Notes under the pieces: generated by a model
What the model saw: the letters and a program-made list of their open reading frames with translations, nothing else
Databases searched by the model: none
Told to the model about the DNA's origin: nothing
Shown here: in pieces, positions 18,800-29,600 of the stretch
Numbering within the stretch: the first letter of the stretch is position 1
Layout: every line of letters starts with the position of its first letter
From: a virus
Virus genome (UHGV): UHGV-1363177
Strand: one strand, 5' to 3'
DNA length: 58,819 nucleotides
Made by a program: the position numbers and the translations under genes

Positions 18800-19672
18800 A
18801 TGGAAATTAAATTTGCTAACAATGCAAGTACGGTTCTTGCTAACGCCATCGAAAAAGACACTACTACACTTGTCGTAGCTACAGATGCTGGTCAGCTTTT
18901 TCCTGTTCTCAGTCTTCCTACTGATTATTTTAAGATTACTGTCGTTAATCCCGGCGATGGTACTTGGGAAATTATGAAGGTTACCAAGGTAGCTGGTGAT
19001 GAGTTCACTGTTGCTCGTGCTCAGGAGGGTACTAAAGCTCTTGCTTTTCCACAGAATGCTGTAGTTGAAAATCGTTTGACTGCTGAAAGTATTCAGGCAA
19101 TTCTCAATGACGTTAATGCTTCCCCTACTAAAGCTGGCCGTATTCGTGTAGCTACGGAAGCTGAGGTTGAAGATGGTGTTGTTACTGATGCTTGTCTTAC
19201 ACCTGCTAACTGTGATTATCTTAAAGTTTTCCCCGGTGTAATCACCGCTTTCTCTGGTGTGTTCAACAGTGGTGGTTTCCCTATTGATAGTAATACGGGT
19301 AAAGCTAGAACAGACTGGCATAAATGTGATGGTACCAACAACACTCCGAATCTTCAGGATAGATTCATTGTTTGTGCAGGGAGTAAATATCCTGTAGCTA
19401 CTAGCGGTGGCATAGACCATCTTGATATTGAAGTTGAAGTTCTCAATCATCAGCTTACTATTGATGAAATGCCGAAACATCATCACAGAGTGCCTGACCA
19501 AACCGGTAAGAATACAGAAGGTACTTGGATAAATGGTTGGAGTTGGGGTGCAGGAATTGATACTGAAGACACCGGTGGGGATAAGCCTCACAATCATGAC
19601 ACTAAAGTAACTATTCCTGACGATACACTTCCTCCATATTACGCACTTGCATATATTATGAAGATTAAATAA
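18800..19672 (+). CDS. Tail fibre paralogue (290 aa) with a His-rich C-terminus (HHHR...HNHD) ending YYALAYIMKIK
   Basis: Shared N-terminal domain with 12436, 16690 and 17391; shares its C-terminal module with 17391. Confidence 0.65.
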   Translation: MEIKFANNASTVLANAIEKDTTTLVVATDAGQLFPVLSLPTDYFKITVVNPGDGTWEIMKVTKVAGDEFTVARAQEGTKALAFPQNAVVENRLTAESIQAILNDVNASPTKAGRIRVATEAEVEDGVVTDACLTPANCDYLKVFPGVITAFSGVFNSGGFPIDSNTGKARTDWHKCDGTNNTPNLQDRFIVCAGSKYPVATSGGIDHLDIEVEVLNHQLTIDEMPKHHHRVPDQTGKNTEGTWINGWSWGAGIDTEDTGGDKPHNHDTKVTIPDDTLPPYYALAYIMKIK

Positions 19673-19681
19673 AGGTCTCCT

Positions 19682-21520
19682 ATGAAATATTCTTTGTCAA
19701 ACTATCTAGGAATGTTTCCTCGCTTTCAGCCTTATCTGATTGATAACATGGCTGCTCAACTTATTGTTGATGGAAACATCATCAGTGGTGGCTTGGAAGC
19801 ATTTCGACAGGATACTATCGAACATGAAATAGATAAACTGTATGCAGACATGTACAGGTACCTGCGTACTGATGGCACTAAACAATGGCTTGTGTTTGAC
19901 AAAGATGTTGACCTAGCTCGCAGTGCTGTTATTGACGATGCTACTAATCAGGTGTACATCACAGGTCTTGGTGAGCTTCGTACTTTCGACAGTAATCTTC
20001 TTAATAAAACTGACACTACAATTACGACGAGTAACTCGTATAAGGCAGGTATCTCGAAGCCAGATGCTCCCACTCTTGAACAGGTAGAAGGTGCCGGTGC
20101 TGCTCAAGAAACAAGAGCTTATCTTATAGCTTATGCTAGACATTGGTCTTCTGGTAAGATAGACCTTGGCCCTTGCTCTGATGCTGCTAAGACTATAGGT
20201 GGCGTTACCTATGTTGAAGTAGACGAAACCCATGTAGCTAAGCTTTCGAACATTAAGCCTAATGCAGCTACTGATGAGCACGCTGACTGGGTTTACATTT
20301 ACCGAGCTAGTACGACTTCCTCTGGTGAGGGCCAGTGGAGATATGTCACCAGCTTCAACAGCAAGGGTGGTGCTATGCCTCCCGGTGTAGAGTATAACTC
20401 TGGTAATAGCACTTATTCCTTTAAAGATGAGTTCAAAGAAGAAGACCTCGGAGAAGTTCCTCAGAATATTAACTGGACTTGTCCTGATAATCTCGAAGGT
20501 CTTATCTCTGTAGGCAACGGTGTCTTTGCAGCATTTAAAGGTAACACAGTTTATCTCTCCTATCCGTACCAAGGACATGCCTTCCCTTCCGAATACGCTA
20601 TCCCGCTTGACTACAACGTAGTTGGTCTTGGTAGTTTCGGTAATACACTTGTCATTTGTACACAGAGTAATACGTACCTTGTAGTTGTTAATGACCCTAG
20701 TGCTTCTATTCTTCGTCCTATTCAGGAAGCACATGCTTGTGTCAGTAAAGACAGCATTGTCAGTATGGCTGATAGTGTTATCTACGCTACGAAGTATGGT
20801 CTCATTCGAGTAACACAAGATGGTGCTACTCGAATGACGTATCCGATTATCTCTGACAGAGCTTGGGCTGACTACAATCCTGAGACTATTAAAGCTGCTT
20901 CTTATCAAGGTAAATACCTGATGTTCTTTGATAGCGATATTGTTGAATACAATGGAGCAGTAATTGACTTTCAGGAAATTAAGACTGGAGTTCTCGGACT
21001 TTCTCAGAAAGCTTCTTGTGTTTGGCAGGATGATTCCTCTTCGCAGGTATTCATTCAGTATATCAGTCCTGTATTGATGCAGCCTCGCATCTTTGCTTTT
21101 GGTGAAAGTAACTCTGTTAAACGAGTGTACAAGTGGCGCAGTAAAAAGTTCATCAACACAGAAGGTCTGTTCACCCTTGCCGCTGGTAAAGTGAACTTCT
21201 ATGATGATAGCTTCCAGTTGAAGCTCTATGACTTTAATTACGACAAAGCTTCAAATGCTTTCAACACTCCGCAGGTAAATGTCTTTTCTATCAATGGGGA
21301 CGCTAGTACAAATAGCTACTGGCTTTCTAACTTAGGTAAGCATTGGTGTAAGCTAGACTTCTATGTTGATGACCGCATTCGTAAGACTGTGTACGTGTAC
21401 AACAACTTCCCCTTCCGTCTGCCTGCTGGCTTCCGTGGTGACTCTTTTTACGTAGACATCACTAGTACCATTCCCATTTCTCGCGTGCAGTTAGCTTCTA
21501 GCATCGGGGAACTTGAATAA
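19682..21520 (+). CDS. Large tail/baseplate structural protein (612 aa)
   Basis: Size and position after the fibres and before the internal virion proteins. Confidence 0.5.
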   Translation: MKYSLSNYLGMFPRFQPYLIDNMAAQLIVDGNIISGGLEAFRQDTIEHEIDKLYADMYRYLRTDGTKQWLVFDKDVDLARSAVIDDATNQVYITGLGELRTFDSNLLNKTDTTITTSNSYKAGISKPDAPTLEQVEGAGAAQETRAYLIAYARHWSSGKIDLGPCSDAAKTIGGVTYVEVDETHVAKLSNIKPNAATDEHADWVYIYRASTTSSGEGQWRYVTSFNSKGGAMPPGVEYNSGNSTYSFKDEFKEEDLGEVPQNINWTCPDNLEGLISVGNGVFAAFKGNTVYLSYPYQGHAFPSEYAIPLDYNVVGLGSFGNTLVICTQSNTYLVVVNDPSASILRPIQEAHACVSKDSIVSMADSVIYATKYGLIRVTQDGATRMTYPIISDRAWADYNPETIKAASYQGKYLMFFDSDIVEYNGAVIDFQEIKTGVLGLSQKASCVWQDDSSSQVFIQYISPVLMQPRIFAFGESNSVKRVYKWRSKKFINTEGLFTLAAGKVNFYDDSFQLKLYDFNYDKASNAFNTPQVNVFSINGDASTNSYWLSNLGKHWCKLDFYVDDRIRKTVYVYNNFPFRLPAGFRGDSFYVDITSTIPISRVQLASSIGELE

Positions 21521-21534
21521 GGTATGTAAATATT

Positions 21535-21678
21535 ATGGCGAATAAAATTACAATTAAACTTCCTGACATTCCTCGAAATGTTTCGGCTGAACTGTACAAC
21601 TACTTCGCTCAGCTTCATCAAAATCTTAAGACTTTCGAGACTGCTATTAACGCTCAGCTTGAAAAAGAAGGTAAATAA
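21535..21678 (+). CDS. Small hypothetical protein (47 aa)
   Basis: Unlisted short ORF that exactly fills the gap between neighbours; its TAA stop at 21676-21678 is followed 2 nt later by the next ATG at 21681. Confidence 0.3.
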   Translation: MANKITIKLPDIPRNVSAELYNYFAQLHQNLKTFETAINAQLEKEGK

Positions 21679-21680
21679 AT

Positions 21681-22556
21681 ATGTTCGGAACTATTATGTC
21701 TGGTGTAGGCTCCATTGCTGGTGGCCTTCTTTCTGGTGCAGGTGGTCTCTTTGGTGGAAAAGGTGGCCAGTCTGGCGTACAGAAACAAGCTAAAGACCTT
21801 GCATTCCAGCAGCTTCTTCTACAGAAAGATGCTGTAAATACGTACAATAGGTTGTACAACAAGTATTATTGGCCTATCGAAGAATTTATTGCTGGTAACT
21901 ACTATGATGATATTCGGGAAGCTCGACCGTATCAAATGAAAATGCGGGATTACCAGCTCAACCGTGGTGACGAACTGATTGACCTCGCTGAAGATACTAA
22001 CCCCATCCTTGATGAAGACCGTAAGTCTCTTATTCGTAGATTAACTGAAGGTGAGGATGTTCTTGCTAATCGGTATCGGTCTCAGGCTAGTGCTGATATT
22101 ACTAGTGCTTTCAACAATCAGCGTAATCAAGACTTCCGAAACATGGCCAGTATGGGTATCAATCCCAACAGTGGTGCTTGGGCTAATTATGGTACCACTA
22201 TGGGTCAAAATGAAGCTCTTGCTCAGGCTGCTGGTAGAACTAATGCTACTTGGCAAGCTGAAGATACTTCCCTTCAGCGTCAAGCTGATGCCCAGAATTA
22301 TTACACGAATCCTTCTATGTTGTACGATGCTGGTACTATTACTCCCGGCATGAGCATTGGTTCTCTGACCAGTGGAGCTTCTCAGAATATGTCTCTTGGC
22401 TTAAGCGGTCAGAACCGTGGTAATGGTAATCTGTGGAGTTCTCTTGGTAGTGCTGTTGGTGGTATCACTCAAGGCATTGGTAATATTGGTGGTGCTCTTG
22501 GTTGGGGTGAACCTAAGTTTACTTGGGATGACTTCGAAAATACTTTTTATAAATAA
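21681..22556 (+). CDS. Gly-rich internal virion protein (291 aa)
   Basis: N-terminal GGxxGG repeats; position before the giant protein, as in T7 gp14/15-like arrangements. Confidence 0.5.
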   Translation: MFGTIMSGVGSIAGGLLSGAGGLFGGKGGQSGVQKQAKDLAFQQLLLQKDAVNTYNRLYNKYYWPIEEFIAGNYYDDIREARPYQMKMRDYQLNRGDELIDLAEDTNPILDEDRKSLIRRLTEGEDVLANRYRSQASADITSAFNNQRNQDFRNMASMGINPNSGAWANYGTTMGQNEALAQAAGRTNATWQAEDTSLQRQADAQNYYTNPSMLYDAGTITPGMSIGSLTSGASQNMSLGLSGQNRGNGNLWSSLGSAVGGITQGIGNIGGALGWGEPKFTWDDFENTFYK

Positions 22557-22574
22557 GATTACGAGTATAATACT

Positions 22575-23618
22575 ATGATAGATTGGAATGAAGTTGGTTA
22601 TCCCGGTACCTCTGTATTCGATGGCATGACTGCCGCTGCCAATTGGAATACTCGTGCCCTTGCTAATGTTGACGCTGTTAATAAACTTCGTGAGTGGCAT
22701 CTTGATACTAACCTTCGCAATATGATGCGAGCCTATCAGGAAGACGAAGCTGCTACTGCTCTCGTTCTTGGTAAGAGTGCTAACGAAGACCTTCGTACTC
22801 TCGATAAGTTCCGTAAGGGTCTGTACAACAGCGACACTGGTTACCTTGATGCGCTTAACGCTATGAATCCTCTTGATGGCACTGCCGTCCGTAGGCTTTC
22901 TAAGGATGGTAAGAACATCGAGACTGTCCGAATGGATGGTACTGTTGTTGGTACTACTCCTAACCGTACTGGTAAAGATGCTGAGAACGCTCTGCTCTTT
23001 AACTACGGTCTTGGTCTTGGTCATGCCAAAGCTAATTGGATGAACCGTGAGGCTGCTCGTCAGAGTATCGAACTTGCTCTTGCTCAGGCGCAGAATAAGG
23101 GTGCTGCTAGTAGTGAAGAACTGATGCTTCGTCTTATGCTCGGCATGGGTGCCGGAGGTGGCCGAGGCGGTCTTGGTGGCCGTGGTGGTCGAGGCGGTGG
23201 CCGAGGTGGAGCTGGTGATGATGGTGGTTTCGATGGCTTTGATGCGATGGATACTATTCGTATTGAACAGCTTCAGAGTAATGCTGCTGCTAGGATAGCT
23301 GGTATTCTTCCGAATGCAGATGGTAAGTATGACCTTAGTATGGCAACTCCTGAACAGCAGGCTCAGTACTGGAGAGCTCTGTCTGGTTTGAAGAAGAGAT
23401 TTCAGGATAATGTCTACGGTCTTAAGATGGACCCGTATCTAGCACTGGATGTTTCTGCTGCTGGTCTTCAGCAAGAGTGGGCTAGAGCTGCTGCTGAAGC
23501 GGCTAAACCTCCGATTGACCCTACTGGTAAACATAAAATAACACCCCCTATCAATACTCGTAAGTGGGGTACTTCTGGTTTACTTACTCCTGCTACGCCC
23601 CTCGGTGTTAATCATTAA
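22575..23618 (+). CDS. Internal virion protein with an RGG/GGR box (347 aa)
   Basis: GGGRGGLGGRGGRGGGRGGAGDDGG encoded by GGT/GGC repeats; position. Confidence 0.5.
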   Translation: MIDWNEVGYPGTSVFDGMTAAANWNTRALANVDAVNKLREWHLDTNLRNMMRAYQEDEAATALVLGKSANEDLRTLDKFRKGLYNSDTGYLDALNAMNPLDGTAVRRLSKDGKNIETVRMDGTVVGTTPNRTGKDAENALLFNYGLGLGHAKANWMNREAARQSIELALAQAQNKGAASSEELMLRLMLGMGAGGGRGGLGGRGGRGGGRGGAGDDGGFDGFDAMDTIRIEQLQSNAAARIAGILPNADGKYDLSMATPEQQAQYWRALSGLKKRFQDNVYGLKMDPYLALDVSAAGLQQEWARAAAEAAKPPIDPTGKHKITPPINTRKWGTSGLLTPATPLGVNH

Positions 23619-23638
23619 GATAGAAGGATGTCTTAATT

Positions 23639-26600
23639 ATGGCTGGTTCCTTTACTGAATATTTGACTAATAGCTATGACCCCACTTCAGCGATGATAGG
23701 GACTTGGCTTGAACAGCAGGCTGTTAACCGTGCTATTGCTCGTGCTGAGATGGAAAAACTTTATCAGCAGAGACTTGCTGTCCAAGCTGCTCAGGCTAAA
23801 TCTAATCCGTATCTTGACTATCTTAGAGCACAGGCTGCTGCTGGTGTTACTCCCGGTACAGGCATGGCTCCTGTATATGGAGATGCCCCCACTCCTGCTG
23901 AAGCTCCCGGAGTTTGGGACCAATTCTTGAATCGTGCTGTTCCCCAGTCTCTTGCTGGTCTTGCTGGTGGTGTCGGTCTACTCGGTGACCTTATTGGTGC
24001 TGATTCTGTTCGAGACTGGGGTCTTGAAACCTCTCAATATTTCAACAACATCGCTGCACAAACTCCTCGAACTGTTGCTAGTCTCGAAGATGTTCTTTCT
24101 GGTAAAGGTGACTTCTCTACTTGGTTGAAAGAGAGTGCTATCGACCTTGCTCCTGACCTGATAGGTACCATTGCTACTGGTGGTACTGGTGGTCTTGCTG
24201 CCCGTGGCGGTGCTGCTCTTGCTGCTAGGGTTGCTGGAAAGGAACTGGCCGAGGGTGCTGCCAAGAAGGCTCTTCAGCGTGGTGCTCTTGCTGGTGCCTA
24301 CGGCTACGGAGTTGGAGCTGAAGGTGGTCAGGCTTACCTTACTGACGTAGAACGTCACGGTGTCGAAGGTACATCTCCTTGGATGGACCTCACCACAGGT
24401 GCTGTTGCTAGTGCTTTTGACCTTGCTGGTCCTGCCGGTGGTCTTGTTCTTAAAGCTCTTGGCCGTCCTGTCTCTAAGGCTGCTAGTGAAAAACTTCTCA
24501 GGACCCTTGCTTCTGAGAAGACTAGGACTGCTTTCCTTAAAGGTCTGGGTAAAGGTGCTCTTGCTGAGGGTGGTACTGAGTCCCTTCAGGAACTTACCCA
24601 TATTATCAATGAACAGCTCCAAAGTCCTGAGCTTGAATTTACTCCTCAGGATATCATGCGTCTGGTTGAATCTGGTCTTCTTGGTAGTATCTTTGGTGCT
24701 CCTATTGGTGCTGTCTCTAGGGTCCGCGCTAAGCAGCAGGCTCCTGCTCAGCTCAAGGCTCTTCTTGCCAATCAGTCTACTAGAGACACTTCTGATATAT
24801 CTGCTTCTCGATATGCTGAAGAACGCAAGGCTGCTCAGGACTATCTTGCTAATCTTCCTTCTAATCCTGCTCCTTTCGATAGCACTGTAGATTCTTTCTA
24901 CAATCGAACTCCTTCTGTGTCTAGTCCTATTGGGGAATACTATGCACAGAACTTTGATAAGCTCGATAACTTCTACAGTGACTTCGAGCAGAAGATGAAG
25001 ACTCCTTCTGAAGCTACTGCTGAAGCTGCTACGAGGCTGCGTACTTCTATGCGAAATGCTGCTGCACAGACTCAGCGACAGCTTAGTGAAGAAAGCACTA
25101 GACTGAATGCTGAAGCACAGACTCTTACAAATCAGCTTGCTAAACTGTCTAGCAAGCCTCCTCGTAACGTTACTCCTGAACAGCAGCGGGCATTGATTGC
25201 TGACCTTAACAAGCAGCTCGTTGCTAACAGGGCTGCTCAGGTCAGACTTCAGGAAGGTGCTAAAGAACGTGTTAGTTCTATTCAGCAGACTCTTGCTAAG
25301 GAAGAAAAGAAACTGGCTAACAAGCTGATGAATGACACTATCATCACGGACCAGTCTGGTCTGGCTCGTGATCCCTTCGGTGCCTCTCAGCTTATCCAGA
25401 TTCGTGGTGGAGCTAAAGCTCTGTTTGATAAGCAAGCTGCTGCTGTGCGAGAACGTCTCAATAAAGTTTCTGCTCAGCTTAGCCTTGCCGAACGTAGAAG
25501 TAAAAGCTCTCAAGCTACCCGCAGCATGGCACTTGCTAAGTTACTCGATGACCAGATTGCTGCTGGCAAGAAGGAACGTAATGAGCTTATCAAGCGTCTT
25601 CAGAAGATGAATGGTGCACTGGCTCGTATCGAAGCGGGTACTAACAATCTTGCTACTACTCAGTACACCGTTGACCAAGCTTACGTAGACTTGCAGGACA
25701 TCTACGACGGTGGTGTCATTGACACACCTACTCGTTCTGAAAAAGTTCTGTACGACACTCTGCGTAAAAGTCTTGATAATGTTGAAAAGAAAAGACGTGC
25801 TGAAGAACTGAAAGCTCGTACTGCTGCTCGTAGAGCTAAACGTCCTGATACTGTTACTGACTTTGACAAGACTCCAGATACCTTCTACAACAGAGAAGCT
25901 TCTGTAATTCCCAGTGCTACTCCTTTCGAAACTTCTGTTGATAGCTTCCTTTCTGGTACACCCTCTGTACAAGCTAATAACGTTCTTCAGTTAGCGCTTA
26001 CTGAAGGTCAAGCTAATCTTCCTGCTGTGTCTGAAGCTATCCCGATGGGTACTACGGACACCGGTGTTGATACCATTGCTCTTAACGCAGAGGGTGAGAC
26101 TATCCCTGTAGGTCCCGGTCGTGAACAGCTCATGCTTCCTGAAGGTGGTCAGGACTTTGACAGAACTCCTGACAGCTTCTACGGAACCACTCCCGAAGTC
26201 AAAGGCTTTGTTGAAAGTAATCCTGAAATTAAGAGTCCTATGATTTCTAGGTTCCCCGAAGCTGTGGATGCTTTCTACAACTACACGCCTGACATTGTGG
26301 AAGGTACGTGGCTGATGACTGATGCCACTACTAGACCTACGAAAGCTAAGTCTCCTAAGGAATCTGCTAAGCTTACTCCTAAAGACAAGAGCAATCTTGA
26401 TGTTACTAGAGCAATAGCTGATGAGGACTATAAGCAGGCTGTTGAAGATGTCCGACACGCTGCTATTAGACTTGAATCTACTAGCAAGAATGTTGATAAA
26501 AAGTCTTGGACTAAGAAACTTAATGACGGTCTTGTTAAAGCAAAGCAGGCTCTCAATAAGCTCCTTAATCTGAACATTGAACAGCTTCGTACTAATGCTG

Positions 26601-29600
26601 ACACCTCTAGTAAAAAGCTAGTTACTCAGGGTATTACACCGTCCCTTGAGATGCTTCCTCTGCTTTCTCACAACGTCACTATTGTTGACAGTGTGGATGT
26701 TCCCGAAGCTGCTGGCAGAACTGGTTACATTACTCGTGACCAGAAGATTTATCTTGTTGCAGATAACATTGTTGCTGAAGCTAAACAGCGTAAAAAGTCT
26801 GTCAAAGAAATAGCTACTCGTACTCTTGTGCATGAAGGTCTTGCTCACTATGGTCTTCGTGCCATTATGAGCCCTGCGGAACTCGGTAACTTCCTGCACG
26901 ATTTCAGGAGGAAGTTCGAGAATACTCCTACTTGGAAACGAGCTGCTGCTTCTATTCCTGAGTTTGACCAGCTCAATAAAAGACAGCAGGCTGAAGAAGT
27001 CTTTGCTAAACTTTCCGAACGTCACAAGATTAACAATCTTCTTGAGTCCCGCAATCTGGCAAAGGGTTATCTGAACAGTTTCATTAAGAAACTTGACAGC
27101 AAACTGGGACTGACTGACCTTACCCTTGATGATGTTAAGTCACTTCTTACTGTAGCTGCTGACAGACTGTCTATGGAATCTGCTGGTCAGGGTGCTGCTG
27201 ACATTGGAGCACATTATAGAACCATTCCTCAGACTGGTCTTGCTCGTTCTCTTGACCCCAACCTTGAATCTATGACCCGTGTTGAACGTGCTGAGGCTGA
27301 GGCGGCTCAGCGATTCCCTTTTTCTAACAGAGTTCAAGAGGTAGTAGCTAATAGAGAAAACACTGTCGAATACCTTCGAGAAGGTTTGATTGATAGCTTC
27401 CGTCCTGTTGAACGAATGATTCAAGCTGTTAAGGACTTGGGAAAGAAAGCTGATAACAAAGCTCGTGTCACTTGGGACACTAACGTCTACAAGCTTAGCC
27501 AGCATCTTTCCAGTCAGCAAGCTCTTGCACTTCAACAGTACAAGACCAACTTTGTTGACCCGCTTGTTGACCTTATCAGTGACACAGCCCTTCCGGGTGA
27601 AGACTACAGAGTAACCTTTGCTCGTGTATCTGACTATGTTGAAGCTGTTGCTGCCTATGAGCGTAACGACTTCGGAGCTAAGAAGGGTCTTGACTTCCCC
27701 CTCGTTCCGGGTAAGAAGGGTACATCTCTTCAGGAAAGTCAGGACTACTTCCGCAGTGTCATCAACAAGTACAGCTCTGAGTCCATGAACAAGGTAATGG
27801 ACCAACTCCAGAAGATTAACAATGAGCGTCTTCGTCTACTCGAAGAAAAGAAGATTATCCCGAAGGAAGTCATTGATAACTGGAGAGCTACGTACAAGTA
27901 CTACATGCCCTTCAAGAGTTGGGAGAATGTGGTACAGGAACTTGACCCCGCTTGGTACAACAGCAACACTCGTCGGTCTTTGTCTACTCCTAACGTTCAG
28001 AAGAAGATAATGAAGCGAGCTACTGGTCGTGAAGGTGAAGCTCAGAATCCTATTCTGCACTCCATCCTTCAGCTCTATGATGTGAGTAACCTTTCTCGTA
28101 CTGTTGACATTGGTCGTTCTCTTCTGAGACTTGTTCGTAACAATCCTGACGCTACTAGTATCTTCGAAATGGTAGAGTACAGAGATAAGAATGACAAAGA
28201 CTGGGGTAAACCTAGACTCACTACTGACCCTGAAACTGGTGAGCAAGTCTACGTTGTTGACCACGGTGCTATGAAACGTGTAGTCAACAAACAGACTGGT
28301 GACATCTCTCTTGTGCCTACTAAGCACACTGCCGAAGGTGAAATGAAAAACACTGTGGCAGTTATTGATGAGGATGGTACTGTACAGAGGGTGTTACTAC
28401 ATGACAGTGGTGTGGCTAGAGCTCTTAGAGCTGAGAACATTACTAGAGCTTCTGGTGTTGTTCGAGCTATTGGTGCTATCCAACACGAGCTTGGAAAGTA
28501 CATGACTTCTCGAAATCCTTTGTTCTGGATTACCAACCCCATTCGAGATACCGTGTCTGCTGCTATTAACATCAGCGCACTGAGTCAGGAACTTGAAGCC
28601 CTTGGCATTCCTAACTCCAAGGAAATCTCTCAGTCCATTCTGGTCAACGGTCTTGGTAAGACACTTACTAAGAACAGTGTTCGTAATGCTCTTATGTACT
28701 TCCGTAAGTACGGCACCTTCAATGATGTAACCATTAAGAATAAGGATGGTTCTACTAAGACTATCAAGTCTGGTCTCAGTGATGAGATGAAGATGTTCAT
28801 GAGTGACTACGAACAGTACTTGAACTACGGCGGACAGACTGAATACTTTGGAACGAACACTTATGAAACGTTAAGGAAAGACATCTTGTCTGCACTGAAG
28901 GACAAGAATCCCAAAACGTTTCTTGAAAAGCAACGTAGTAACATCAATAAAATGATGGAGTACATGGATGAGGTGAGTAACTCTCTCGAAAACATGACTC
29001 GTTACATTGCTTTCAAAGAAATCGTAGACCGCCTTAAGCCTTACGCTGAAGCCGGTAGGACTGCTGACGGTAGACCTTTCAGCTACGAAGAAATGTACAG
29101 TCGAGCTGCTAACATTGCCCTCAACCTTACTGTGAACTTCTCTCGAAAAGGTAGCTGGGCTCCTATTTTCAACTCTCTGTACATGTTCGCTAGTGCTAGC
29201 ATTGGTGGTAACGTTCGTATGCTGGAGACTATCTTCCGTAAGGACAGAAAAACTGGCAAGACTGACTGGAATCACGTAGCTAGATTCGCTATGTATCCCA
29301 TGCTGGGTTACGCTCTGCAAGCTATCATTGCTCGTGCTCTCATGGGTGACGATGATGATGGTGTCAGCTTCTATGATAAGATTCCTGAATACATCAAAGC
29401 TAGTAACATCATCCTTCCTAATCCTTTTAGTAAGGGTGACTATATCACTATCCCGATTACTTATGGTTTCGACATGTTCTGGAACCTTGCTATGAACATC
29501 TTCGAAGCTGGTCACAGTGCTGCTTACGGCAACCCCGGCCCCAACGCTACGGAAGCTGCTTCCTCTATCATTGGTAAGATGTTCAACAACTTCGCAACCA

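Noticed and set aside
12436-19672. Diversity-generating retroelement targeting the tail-fibre paralogues
   Set aside because: No reverse transcriptase ORF exists anywhere in the window, and no TR/VR near-identical DNA pair was seen. Fibre diversity here comes from paralogous genes, not mutagenic retrohoming.
26810-26830. Zinc metallopeptidase HExxH motif in the giant protein
   Set aside because: The motif is HEGLAH, which has HExxxH spacing rather than HExxH, with no obvious third ligand pattern nearby. It is kept only as a hint inside the giant-protein finding, not as a feature.
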